A stretch of 64,000 nt of DNA from Alphaproteobacteria bacterium. GTDB taxonomy: Bacteria > Pseudomonadota > Alphaproteobacteria > Micropepsales > Micropepsaceae. The notes beneath the pieces are model-generated. The model had not been told where the DNA came from. It searched no databases and saw only the letters and a program-made list of their open reading frames with translations. This document shows positions 1 through 9,193 of the stretch, piece after piece (position 1 is the first letter of the stretch; each line of letters begins with the position of its first letter). The stretch lies in assembly GCA_025924715.1 (NCBI GenBank), contig JAICHV010000010.1, positions 22,281-86,280 on the forward strand, in the 5' to 3' direction. The position numbers and the translations under genes are program-made.

Positions 1-17
1 ATAGGCAGAAGCCGTTC

Positions 18-1148
18 ATGCGCCGCGCACCGCTTTATATACGTTTTGCAGCCCTCGCCATCGGCGCCGCCCTCGCGGCCTCGCCCCTGCCGGTATTTGG
101 CTATTCCCGGGTCAAGGACCTCACCGATGTCCAGGGCATCCGGGAAAACATGCTGGTGGGGTACGGCCTGGTGGTCGGCCTCAACGGCACCGGCGATTCG
201 CTCAAAAACGCGCCTTTCACCCAGCAATCCATCCAGACCATGCTGGAGCGCCTGGGGGTCAATACCCGCGGCGAGACCATGCAGACCAAGAACGTCGCCG
301 CCGTGATGGTGACCGCCAATCTGCCGGCCTTTGCCAGCCAGGGCAGCCATGTCGATGTTTCCGTCAGCGCCATGGGCGACGCCAAAAATCTGCAAGGCGG
401 CACTTTGCTGGTGACCACCCTGTTCGGCGCCGACGGCCAGATCTATGCCCTGGCCCAGGGGCCCGTCGCCATCGACGGATTCTCGGCCCAGGGCGATGCC
501 GCCAGCGTGACGCGCGGCGTGCCGACGGCGGGACGTATCGCCAATGGCGCCATCGTCGAAAAGGAAACCGGCTTCAAACTGGCCAGCCTGGACAATCTGA
601 AACTGGCGCTGCGCAATCCCGATCTCACCACCGCCACCCGTATCGCCACCGCCGTCAACGCCTTTCTGGGCGACAAGGCGGCCACCGCGACCGATCCGGC
701 CAATGTCGAATTGGCGGTGCCGGCCAATTATCCCGGCGGCACCATGGCGCTGCTCACCGATATCGAACAGATCAAGGTCGATCCCGACCTGCCGGCCAAG
801 GTCGTCATCGACGAGAATTCCGGTGTCATCGTCATGGGCGCGGATGTGCGCATCTCGACCGTGGCGATCGCCCAGGGCAATCTCACCATCCGGGTCCAGG
901 AAACCCCGCAAGTCTCGCAGCCGGCGCCGTTCTCCAACACCGGCACCACCCAGACCGTTCCGCGCACCCAGATCCAGATCGACGACGGCAAGGGCAACAA
1001 GATGGCGGTGCTGTCGCAGGGCGTCTCGCTGCAAAATGTGGTGGACGGGCTCAACGCCCTGGGCGTGGGTCCGCGCGACATCATCTCGATCCTGCAGGCG
1101 ATCAAGGCCGCGGGCGCGCTGCAAGCCGATATCAAGGTGATCGGCTGA
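18..1148 (+). CDS. flgI: Flagellar basal body P-ring protein FlgI
   Basis: Signal peptide, then RVKDLTDVQGIRENMLVGYGLVVGLNGTGD; ends ILQAIKAAGALQADI, typical of FlgI. Confidence 0.97.
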   Translation: MRRAPLYIRFAALAIGAALAASPLPVFGYSRVKDLTDVQGIRENMLVGYGLVVGLNGTGDSLKNAPFTQQSIQTMLERLGVNTRGETMQTKNVAAVMVTANLPAFASQGSHVDVSVSAMGDAKNLQGGTLLVTTLFGADGQIYALAQGPVAIDGFSAQGDAASVTRGVPTAGRIANGAIVEKETGFKLASLDNLKLALRNPDLTTATRIATAVNAFLGDKAATATDPANVELAVPANYPGGTMALLTDIEQIKVDPDLPAKVVIDENSGVIVMGADVRISTVAIAQGNLTIRVQETPQVSQPAPFSNTGTTQTVPRTQIQIDDGKGNKMAVLSQGVSLQNVVDGLNALGVGPRDIISILQAIKAAGALQADIKVIG

Positions 1149-1471
1149 TGGATATGTCTCTTCCCTCGATAGCGGCCCTGGCGCAATCCGCGCCGGTGAC
1201 CGCGCCAACACCCACCAAGAACCAGGCCGCGGCCGTCAAGGCGGCCAAGGAATTCGAAAGCGTGTTCATCTCCCAGTTCCTGGGTTCGATGTTTTCCGGC
1301 ATCAAGGCCGACAGCACCTTCGGCGGCGGCGAAGGCGAGGAAATGTTTCGCTCGCTGATGATCGATCAATATGGCAAGCAACTCGAACAGCGCGGCGGCT
1401 TCGGCCTGGCCGATGCGGTGCAACGCCAATTGTTGAAATTCCAGGAAGCTCCTGCCGAGGCCGCGCCATGA
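1148..1471 (+). CDS. flgJ: Rod-binding protein (short FlgJ without muramidase domain)
   Basis: AAKEFESVFISQFLGSMF...GGGEGEEMFRSLM...GGFGLADAV motif; coupled to flgI. Confidence 0.88.
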   Translation: MDMSLPSIAALAQSAPVTAPTPTKNQAAAVKAAKEFESVFISQFLGSMFSGIKADSTFGGGEGEEMFRSLMIDQYGKQLEQRGGFGLADAVQRQLLKFQEAPAEAAP

Positions 1472-1899
1472 GCATCAAAGTCAGCGACGATCCCAAACTC
1501 GAACGGTTGATCGTGATGGCCGAAAGGCTGATCGCCGCCTTGGAAAGCGATATCGCGGCGCTGCAAGACGGCAAGCCGGCAAACATGAAAAGCCTGGATC
1601 CGGAAATCCAGAAATTGACCGCGATCTATGGCCGCGAGGCCCATAATTTCGATCCGGGCCTGGCGCAGTCGGCCCGGCCCGATCTGCGGCGGCGCTTTGC
1701 GACCATCACCACCAAATTCCGCGAGGTGCTGCAATTGCACGCTCGCGCGTTGACCCGGGTCAAGAATGCCTCGGAAGGCATGGTCCAGGCCATAGCGGCC
1801 GAAGTCGAACGCCTCAACGCGCCCAGCCGGACCTATGGCGCGACGCCGCCGGCGCGGCCGCAATCGGCCGGCGCGATGGTGTTCAATCGGGTGGTCTAG
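1468..1899 (+). CDS. FlgN/FlbY-like flagellar chaperone or basal-body protein
   Basis: Helical 143-aa protein after flgI-flgJ with a C-terminal TYG motif, as in FlgN-like proteins; 4-bp overlap with flgJ. Confidence 0.6.
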   Translation: MSIKVSDDPKLERLIVMAERLIAALESDIAALQDGKPANMKSLDPEIQKLTAIYGREAHNFDPGLAQSARPDLRRRFATITTKFREVLQLHARALTRVKNASEGMVQAIAAEVERLNAPSRTYGATPPARPQSAGAMVFNRVV

Positions 1900-1927
1900 C
1901 CGACCCGTTTTCGACTTTTTTGTGAAA

Positions 1928-4741
1928 TCAGAACAGCGACAGCAGGCCGCTGCTGTCCGCGCTGGCAGCGGGCGGGCTTTGCATCAGCGCCAGGGCCAGA
2001 TTGTAATTGGCGATCTGCGCCGTGGTGGTGGTTGAGGCGGTGCCGCTGGTGTTGCCGGGCGTCGCCGGCGGCGCCGGCGGTTTGTTGGTGGTCTGATAGG
2101 TGCTCTGCAAGCTTGAGAGCACGCCGAGCAAATTGGAGCGCGCCAGATCCGCGCCCATCTTGGACGAGATCGCCAGGCTGCTCGAAAGGCCCAGACCAAA
2201 AGTAGCCGTCGATCCGGTGGCGGGGGTGTCGGTTGTGGTGGCGCCTTTGGCGGGCGCGGTCAGCGTTCCCGCAGGAATTCCCAGCCGGGCCAGAGCATCG
2301 GTATCGGCAGGTCCCGATTGCAACTCGATGCTGTGGCCGGGATTGACCTGGATCTTCAGCCCTTCGGCGGCGCCGGTGTAATTCACGCTGGCCTTGCCGA
2401 TACCGCCCAGCTGGGCGTTGATCTTGACCACCAGCGAGGCCAGCGTTTCGCCCTTGTCGATGGTGAGGGTTGCGGTGCGGCTGGCGGTGCCCTGGATGGC
2501 GATCTTGAAGGTATCGCCGGCGCGCAAGGTGGTCTGCGAAGTCAGATCGACCGACTGGTTGAGATTGATGGTGCCGCGCGGCAGGCCCAATGCGTCCAGC
2601 ACGCTGGAGCCGGTGGGATCGACCGCCACGCCGGCACCGCTGGACTGGCCGGAGGCGCCGCCGAACTGCCGCGTCCAGGCCACGCTGCCATCGGCATTGA
2701 AGGCGCTGGCAAAGGCATTGCTGACATTCTGCACATTGCGTTGCTGGCCGGCAAAGGTGCCCAGGGTGCTGCCGGTGAGATACACCGTTCCGTCGGCGGC
2801 CACGGTCACCGCGCCGCCCGTATCGCTGGAGCCGGTGCCGACATAGCTGACTTGGCGCGGCGTCGCCGTGGCGCCGTTGTCGGCCAGATTGAAAACAAAG
2901 GCGTCAATGCCGCCGCTGGAGGGAGCAGCAATGGTGGCGGCGCCGCCGGCGGTTAAATTCGCATTCGCGCTGGAGCCGGAGACATAGACCTGGCCGCCGG
3001 CGATGGCGATGCCGCCGATGCCGCCACCGGCCCCCAGATCGCCCAGGTCCTGGCTCCAGGTTGGCGCCGCGGTGATGTCGCCGCCGGCATATTTGTTGAT
3101 CACGGCATGACCGTTCTGCACCGAGGCGACATAGAGGCTGCCATCGGCGCCGGTGGCTGTGGCACCGACGGAGTCCGCGCCGGTGGTGCCGAACTGGTTT
3201 TCCGCCAGCAGATGACCCTGGGAATCGAATTTGGCGAGATAGGCATCGCCTTTGCCTTGCGCGGTCTGGCCCGCGCCGATCACCCCGCCCGCGACATTGC
3301 CGCCAATGAAGATATTGCCGCTGGCATCGACGCTGACGGCATTGGCCTGGTTGCTCGCCAGAGTGGCCATCTGCTTGATCCAGTTCTGATCGCCATTGGC
3401 GTTATAGCTGGCGACGAAACTGTCCTTATTGCCATTGGCGACGGCGCCCGGCGTGAGATCGGCGGTGGAGGCGCCGGTGATCACCACACCGCCTGCCGGA
3501 TCGAGCGCCATGCCATAGCCCGATGCTATGCCGGCGCTGCCGACCAGCTTGGACCAGATCTGATTGCCGGCGGAATCATATTTGGTGAGATAGGCGTCCT
3601 GGGTGCCCTGGTTGAGCTGATTGCCGAAATTGCCGGTGGCATTGCCCAGCACATAAACATTGCCGCTGCCGTCCACCACCGTCGCGGCGGCTGTGGTGGT
3701 GCCGGTGGTGGCGCTTTGGCTGGAGGACTGGGTCGCGGTCGGGCTGGTGTCGAGATTGGACAATTTGGTCAGCCGCCCGGTCTGGTCGGCAGCCGTGCTG
3801 GTCACCTTGGCGCCGCTGCCGCTGCCGGTGGTGGTGTTGGCTTCGCTGGCGCTGCCCGAATTGCCGGCCATGTAAAGCGCCGGCGTTGCGGCCGCCGACA
3901 GAGAAATCGTTTCATTGGCGCCGGGGGTGATCTGCATCCCATAGGTCGCCTTGGCGTCACTGGTGGTGGTGCCGCCTTTTTCGGTTTTCTGGAAGCGGGT
4001 GGAAAAGCCGCCCGCCGCCAACTGTCCGTTGATATAGCTGACGATGTTCCCCAGGCTCAGCCCGCCACTGACCTGCGACAGATCGATGGTGACATTGGTG
4101 GTCACGCCGCCTTTCTTGACGGCGATTTGGAACGAGTCCGAGGCGCTGACGCCCGGCAGCGGCGAATCCAAATTGGCATTGGCGACGAGCTGCTGGGTTT
4201 TGTAGGTGAAATCGCTAAAGGCGATGGTGGCGCTGGAGGTCACCTGATCCGAGGGCTTGGCGGCCTGCAGCGTGAAATTGTTGAAGTTGGTGCTCTTCAG
4301 ATAAGCCGTCACCTGGGCGAGGCCGTTCTGGAAGCGGCTATCCAATCCGGCAAGCTGGCCGGCGGGCGTGCCCGGCACCTGCGCCAGCTTGGCGAGATAG
4401 GCCAGCGTGTTCACCGCGCTGTAGAGCGAAAAAAGTTTTTGGTTGTCCTGCTCTGTCTTGCTGTCCGCCGTGGCGCCGGCACTGAGCGGCACATTGGTGG
4501 TCGAAAGGAAGTTGGTGGTGGAAAGCACCTTGGCGGTCATGGCATTGCCGGCCGGCGTCGGCACTTCCCAAGGCGGACTGTCCTTGGCGGTTGCGCTGTT
4601 GTTTTTTTGCGCCGCCGACAGCGCGGCATTGCGGGTGTTGGCGGCAGCCTGCGCGCTGGGACTGGACGCCAGTTGGGACTGGTAGAATCCCAACAACACG
4701 GAAGGATCCAATCCGGGTCCAATGATCGAACTGCCTGACAT
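1928..4741 (-). CDS. FlaEY-like flagellar protein with SBBP beta-propeller repeats and two flagellin/FliD 'IN'-like segments
   Basis: Repeats such as VDGSGNVYVLG, DAYLTKYDSAGNQIW, VDASGNIFIGG; LGNIVSYINGQL and TLASLVVKINAQL segments; size and context recall Caulobacter FlaEY (from memory). Confidence 0.7.
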   Translation of the reverse strand: MSGSSIIGPGLDPSVLLGFYQSQLASSPSAQAAANTRNAALSAAQKNNSATAKDSPPWEVPTPAGNAMTAKVLSTTNFLSTTNVPLSAGATADSKTEQDNQKLFSLYSAVNTLAYLAKLAQVPGTPAGQLAGLDSRFQNGLAQVTAYLKSTNFNNFTLQAAKPSDQVTSSATIAFSDFTYKTQQLVANANLDSPLPGVSASDSFQIAVKKGGVTTNVTIDLSQVSGGLSLGNIVSYINGQLAAGGFSTRFQKTEKGGTTTSDAKATYGMQITPGANETISLSAAATPALYMAGNSGSASEANTTTGSGSGAKVTSTAADQTGRLTKLSNLDTSPTATQSSSQSATTGTTTAAATVVDGSGNVYVLGNATGNFGNQLNQGTQDAYLTKYDSAGNQIWSKLVGSAGIASGYGMALDPAGGVVITGASTADLTPGAVANGNKDSFVASYNANGDQNWIKQMATLASNQANAVSVDASGNIFIGGNVAGGVIGAGQTAQGKGDAYLAKFDSQGHLLAENQFGTTGADSVGATATGADGSLYVASVQNGHAVINKYAGGDITAAPTWSQDLGDLGAGGGIGGIAIAGGQVYVSGSSANANLTAGGAATIAAPSSGGIDAFVFNLADNGATATPRQVSYVGTGSSDTGGAVTVAADGTVYLTGSTLGTFAGQQRNVQNVSNAFASAFNADGSVAWTRQFGGASGQSSGAGVAVDPTGSSVLDALGLPRGTINLNQSVDLTSQTTLRAGDTFKIAIQGTASRTATLTIDKGETLASLVVKINAQLGGIGKASVNYTGAAEGLKIQVNPGHSIELQSGPADTDALARLGIPAGTLTAPAKGATTTDTPATGSTATFGLGLSSSLAISSKMGADLARSNLLGVLSSLQSTYQTTNKPPAPPATPGNTSGTASTTTTAQIANYNLALALMQSPPAASADSSGLLSLF

Positions 4742-4765
4742 GGGCCAATTTTCGCACCCGCTCCG

Positions 4766-4828
4766 TTAAGAGGGGACTAACCGGGCGATTAGAAACACCT
4801 GGAAAAACAGGATTAAGCGGACCTTAAC
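4766..4828. promoter_or_regulatory. Two CtrA-type boxes in the divergent promoter region
   Basis: TTAA-GCGGACC-TTAAC at 4813-4828 (perfect TTAA-N7-TTAAC); TTAA-GAGGGGA-CTAAC at 4766-4781. Confidence 0.75.
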
Positions 4829-4850
4829 GGGGCTTGCCCAGAATGGCGCG

Positions 4851-6344
4851 ATGCAAAGCGCCTATGACCAGGGGCTGACGTTGTCCTCGCAAGGGCGGCA
4901 TCTGGAAGCCATCGCATGTTTCGAGCAGGCGCTGGCGGCACGCGCCGACGATTCCAAAGTTTTATTCGCGCTGGGCAACACCGCCCGGGTTCTGGGCCTG
5001 GCCAAACCCGCCGAAGCATTTTTCCGCCAAGTCCTGGCGCTGGAGCCGCAGCGACTGGAGGCCATCGTCAATCTGGCCAATTTGCTGCGGGCCCAAGGCG
5101 ACTTCGCCGCCGCCGCCGCCCTGCTGCGGCCGGCGCTGTTCCGCAGTCCCAAGAGCCCCGAACTGCATCTCACCATGGGCTCGGTTGCCCGCGAGCAGGG
5201 GGATCAGGACCGGGCGGCAAAATTCTATCGCGCCGCCCTGGCGCTGCGCCCCGATTACGCACCGGCCTTGTCCAACCTGGCCGATTTGCTGACCGATACC
5301 GGGCAGTACGACGCGGCCCGAACACTGTACGACCGGGCCATCAAAGCCGAGCCGAAAAACCCCCAGGCCAGGCTCAATCGCGCGGTTTTGCACCTGCTAA
5401 ACGGCAATCTGAAAGAGGGCTGGCGCGACTATGCCGCCCGGACCGAAATCGTCGGCAAAGTGCCGCAGACCGAACAGCGTTTTGCGCCCTGGACCGGGGG
5501 ACCGCTGAAAAAAACACGCCTGCTGGTGCGGGCCGAACAAGGCATCGGCGACCAGATCATGTTCGTCAGCATGATCCCGGAACTCGCCGCACGGGCGGCA
5601 ACGGAGGGCGGCTCGGTGCTGCTGGAATGCGAGCCCCGCCTGGCCGCGCTCTTCGCCCGCTCCTTCCCCCAATGCACCGTCCGCCCCGCTATGTTGAAAA
5701 GCGCCAATGGCGCAGTCGTGGGCGATTATGGCTGGCTCAAGACTATGGGCGGCGCCAATGCCGCGATCCTGATGGGAAGCCTGCCGCGCTATCTGCGCGC
5801 GGCCATCGAAAAATTTCGCATCCCCCATTCCTATCTGCAAGTCGATGCGCAGGAGCGTGAGACCTGGCGCGCCCAATTCGCCGGCGCGCCCGCTATCGGC
5901 CTGTGCTGGCGCAGCGGCAAAAGCGGCGGTCATCGCTCGGTGCAATATGCCCCGCTTGCCGCCTGGGCGCAGTTCATCCGCGATCTGCCGGGCATATTGA
6001 TCAGCGCCCAGTATGATGCCGGTGCCGACGAGATCGCCGAGCTGGAACGCCTCAGCGGACGAAAAATCCTGGTGCCGCAGAATCTCGACCAGAAAAACGA
6101 ACTCGACCGCACCGCCGCCATGCTGTCGGCGCTGGACGTTCTGGTCAGCGCACCGACGGCAGTATCCTGGCTGGGGGCGGCGGCCGGCACCCCCACGTTG
6201 AAAATTCTCTATGACACCAGTTGGACCAGCTTCGGCCAAGCCCGCGAGCCTTTTGCGCCGGCGGCTATTTGCGTGATGCCGAAATCGCGGGGCGATTGGC
6301 AGGATTGCTTCGCCCAGGCCAAAGACTTTATTGCGCGGCTTTGA
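4851..6344 (+). CDS. TPR + GT-B glycosyltransferase-like protein (FlmG/FlbA paralog)
   Basis: N-terminal TPR repeats, then LLVRAEQGIGDQIMF and IGLCWRSG; same architecture as 21390-23138. Confidence 0.8.
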   Translation: MQSAYDQGLTLSSQGRHLEAIACFEQALAARADDSKVLFALGNTARVLGLAKPAEAFFRQVLALEPQRLEAIVNLANLLRAQGDFAAAAALLRPALFRSPKSPELHLTMGSVAREQGDQDRAAKFYRAALALRPDYAPALSNLADLLTDTGQYDAARTLYDRAIKAEPKNPQARLNRAVLHLLNGNLKEGWRDYAARTEIVGKVPQTEQRFAPWTGGPLKKTRLLVRAEQGIGDQIMFVSMIPELAARAATEGGSVLLECEPRLAALFARSFPQCTVRPAMLKSANGAVVGDYGWLKTMGGANAAILMGSLPRYLRAAIEKFRIPHSYLQVDAQERETWRAQFAGAPAIGLCWRSGKSGGHRSVQYAPLAAWAQFIRDLPGILISAQYDAGADEIAELERLSGRKILVPQNLDQKNELDRTAAMLSALDVLVSAPTAVSWLGAAAGTPTLKILYDTSWTSFGQAREPFAPAAICVMPKSRGDWQDCFAQAKDFIARL

Positions 6345-8133
6345 CGGGACGTCTTTCTTCTTTCAAGGCGGCCGCAAGATCGGCGGCAATGCGCGACGCC
6401 CCGTTCCCGTCCAAAGTGGCAAGGCCAATGCTGCGCATATCGCGGCGCCGTGCCGGATCTGCCATCAAACCGCGCAGGGCGGCGCAGATTTGCGAATCGG
6501 AAACGGTCTCGGCCAGCCCCAGATTGATCCCCATCCCGGCCTCGGCAAAAGCGCCAGCGGAAAGGACATGATCGGGGCTAAGGCCCAGATAAATCGCCGG
6601 CACGCCGAAAGCGGCCAGCTCATAGGCCGTGACGCCAAAGGCGCAAAGCGCCAAATCGGCGCTGGCATATTCCGTCGAGAGGTCGTCGGCGCCTTCCACG
6701 GTTTCATAATTTCCGGCCATCGCCACCACTGCGGCCGCGACTTTGGCGCCGTCGCGCACCCCGGTGCCGATGACAAAACGAATGCGCCAGGCGGGATCGA
6801 TACCCGCCAGGGCGCGGGCAGTGCGCAGGGTGAGGCCTTGCGGATCGCTGCCCCCCATTGCCACCAGCACGGTCGGGCGCGGCGTCAAAGCGCGCGCCGG
6901 GGTCAGATGCGGGTTGAGCCCCAGCAGCGCCCATTGCCAACCGATCCGCGGCACGGTGCGGGCGCCGGTCCAATCCATTTTCGCCAATTGGGGTAGCGGC
7001 GGGTAATAGGCGAAATCGGCGGCCAGGCGGCGCTGCGACCCATCGTCGATGATGGCGATCAACGAAACCCCGCGGTGATAGCTTTCCAGTTCGGCCCGCG
7101 ACGGGCCTTCGCGGCCGTCCAGCACCAACAGATCCGGCCGGTGCCGTTCCAGCAACGGTGCCAAGTCTTGGGAGACGCCTGTCATGGTAACGCCAAAGCC
7201 GGCGCGGCGGATCGGCACGGCGGCGTCTTCGCTGCCATTGAGGACAAACATGACGCCCATGCCCTGTTCATCGCGCAAGGCCCTCGCCAGCGCCACCATG
7301 CGCTTGACATGGCCATAGCCGAATTTGCCGCCGCCGTCGCAGCGCATGAGAGCGAAACCGCCGCCGACAGATCCATCCTGCGCCTGCACCGGCTTTTGTT
7401 TGACATGGGCATTGATGCGGCGGAGCGCCGGCTCACGTTCCAGCAACAAGAGCAAATCCGCCAGCGAGGCTTCGCCGGCCTTGGCCTGCAAACGGGCGTG
7501 CACCGCTTCGACAAAAGCAAGATCGTCGGGCGTGTCGATGGTAAGGCGTCCGCCATCCCGCGCCAGCGGGGCGTAGGGCTTGGCCCGGGCGATGGCGACG
7601 AAATCGGGATGCAGCTTGAAATAGCCGGTGACATGCTCGCGTGCGACCGGATCATCGGCCGCGTCCATCATCAGCTTGTCCAGGGCCCGCCGGGTAAAGG
7701 GATCGACGCCTTCATGGGCGCAAGGCGCGCCCTCTTGCATCAGCACATAATCGCCGCCCTGTTCGATCATGCCGGCGATCAGGTGGTCGACGAATCCGGC
7801 ATCGATGAAGGGCGCGTCCGATGACACCCGCACGATGATGTCGGCACCCATCTGTTCGGCGGCCCGGGCGAAGCGGGCGAGCACATCGTCTTCCGGCCCG
7901 CGCAACACCGTGATGTTTTCCGCCGCGGCGAATTGGGCGATCGCCTCATCCAGCGGATTGGTGGTGGTGGCGATGGCGATGTCTTCGATCAAATGCGAGG
8001 CTTTGAGGCGATGGACGATGTGCCAAAGCAGCGGCTTGCCTGCCACCGGCCGCAGCACCTTGCCCGGCAGACGCGTCGAGCCCATCCGCGCCTGGATCAC
8101 GGCGACAATCCGTGGGTGTTTGTGGCTATTCAT
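6328..8133 (-). CDS. Fused SpsF/FlmC-type cytidylyltransferase + PseG/SpsG-type nucleotide-sugar hydrolase
   Basis: N-terminal IQARMGSTRLPGKVL...GPEDDVLARF...RLTIDTPDD; C-terminal RCDGGGKFGYGHVKRM and VLVAMGGSDP...GVTAYELAAFGVP; ATG at 8133 preferred. Confidence 0.88.
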   Translation of the reverse strand: MNSHKHPRIVAVIQARMGSTRLPGKVLRPVAGKPLLWHIVHRLKASHLIEDIAIATTTNPLDEAIAQFAAAENITVLRGPEDDVLARFARAAEQMGADIIVRVSSDAPFIDAGFVDHLIAGMIEQGGDYVLMQEGAPCAHEGVDPFTRRALDKLMMDAADDPVAREHVTGYFKLHPDFVAIARAKPYAPLARDGGRLTIDTPDDLAFVEAVHARLQAKAGEASLADLLLLLEREPALRRINAHVKQKPVQAQDGSVGGGFALMRCDGGGKFGYGHVKRMVALARALRDEQGMGVMFVLNGSEDAAVPIRRAGFGVTMTGVSQDLAPLLERHRPDLLVLDGREGPSRAELESYHRGVSLIAIIDDGSQRRLAADFAYYPPLPQLAKMDWTGARTVPRIGWQWALLGLNPHLTPARALTPRPTVLVAMGGSDPQGLTLRTARALAGIDPAWRIRFVIGTGVRDGAKVAAAVVAMAGNYETVEGADDLSTEYASADLALCAFGVTAYELAAFGVPAIYLGLSPDHVLSAGAFAEAGMGINLGLAETVSDSQICAALRGLMADPARRRDMRSIGLATLDGNGASRIAADLAAALKEERRPVKAAQ

Positions 8134-8156
8134 TGTTGAGACCCACACAGGTCCGG

Positions 8157-8229
8157 CTCCCCCTCTGCGCGTAGCGCATAGAGCGGGAGTACCCGTAGCT
8201 CGCCCTCGGGCGAGCGAAGGGGGAGGGGG
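8157..8229. repeat. Palindromic intergenic repeat (CTCCCCC...GGGGAGGGGG two-hairpin family)
   Basis: ctccccctctgcgcgtagcgcatagagcgggag followed by hairpin gctcgccc-tc-gggcgagc and gggggaggggg; same layout as 24506-24596. Confidence 0.65.
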
Positions 8230-8241
8230 TAAATAGATAAG

Positions 8242-9114
8242 TCACGCGGCCTCGCCTTTATACGAAGCCCGGATCTTTTTCAGGGGCCGCATCCCGTCCA
8301 CCGGATCGGCGCGCCAGTCCCGATCCGCCAGTTCGGAAGGCTGCGGTCCTTTGAACCCCGCGCCATCGGCGATCACGGATTCGCGGATGCGCGCGATCAC
8401 CGGCGCGATTTCCTGGGGCAGCCAGCAATGGCCGGCGGCATATTCGGCGCCCTCGCCATCCAGATCGAGATGGAACTCCACCACCCCCGCGCCCCAGCGA
8501 TGCACCGCGCGTTCGATCACGGCGGCGCGCCGTGTGTGATCCGACCAGCCGGTGGGAAGTCCGGTGGCCTCGCGGATCGCGGCGATGGCGGCGAGATTGG
8601 CCTCTCCCGCCGGCGTCGGATAGGCCGAGACGCAATGCAGCAGCGTGATGTCGCGGGCGCCGGCCTGCTCGAGCGTCGATGCCGCTTTTTGGATTTCCGC
8701 CATGGTCGCCATACCGGTGGACAGCACCACCGGCTTGCCGCTGCGGGCGCAGGCCTGGAGCAGGTCGGTGACCAGAAGCTCGTAGGAGGCGATTTTGTAA
8801 AAGCTGACGAAAGGCGCCAATTCGGCCACCGCCTCGACATGAAAAGGGGTGCAGGAAAACTGGATTTTCCGTGCCGAACAGTGTTCGGACAAAGGGGCCA
8901 GATGCGCCGGCGGCAGCTCCCATTCCCGCCGGGCCCGGTGCTTGGGGCTTTGGGCCAGAATCTCGGGCGCGAACATGCGGTCGATCTTGAAGAGCTGGAA
9001 TTTGACCGCATCGCAGCCCGCCTCGGCCGCAGCATCCACAAAAGCGCGGGCACGGTCCAGGTCGCGGCCGTGATTGCTGGAGGCTTCGGCAATGAAAACA
9101 GGGGCGGTTTCCAT
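8242..9114 (-). CDS. neuB: N-acetylneuraminate/nonulosonate synthase family (NeuB/PseI-like)
   Basis: FIAEASSNHGRD, GCDAVKFQLF, YKIASYE, VVLSTGMAT, LLHCVSAYPTP, GWSDHT, VEFHLDLD. Confidence 0.92.
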   Translation of the reverse strand: METAPVFIAEASSNHGRDLDRARAFVDAAAEAGCDAVKFQLFKIDRMFAPEILAQSPKHRARREWELPPAHLAPLSEHCSARKIQFSCTPFHVEAVAELAPFVSFYKIASYELLVTDLLQACARSGKPVVLSTGMATMAEIQKAASTLEQAGARDITLLHCVSAYPTPAGEANLAAIAAIREATGLPTGWSDHTRRAAVIERAVHRWGAGVVEFHLDLDGEGAEYAAGHCWLPQEIAPVIARIRESVIADGAGFKGPQPSELADRDWRADPVDGMRPLKKIRASYKGEAA

Positions 9115-9155
9115 TTAACGATTTCTAAAGAGCGTATGGCTAAGAAGCGGTTAAC
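9115..9155. promoter_or_regulatory. CtrA-like boxes between neuB and the methyltransferase operon
   Basis: CTAA-GAAGCGG-TTAAC (9140-9155) and TTAA-CGATTTC-TAAA (9115-9129). Confidence 0.55.
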
Positions 9156-9193
9156 AGGGGGCCTTGCGCAGCACCGCCCCAAAGGATTTCGCG

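Noticed and set aside
2540-3700. Periodic repeats in the 937-aa gene as a DNA repeat array
   Set aside because: The repeats are degenerate and at protein level (propeller blades), not identical DNA units with spacers
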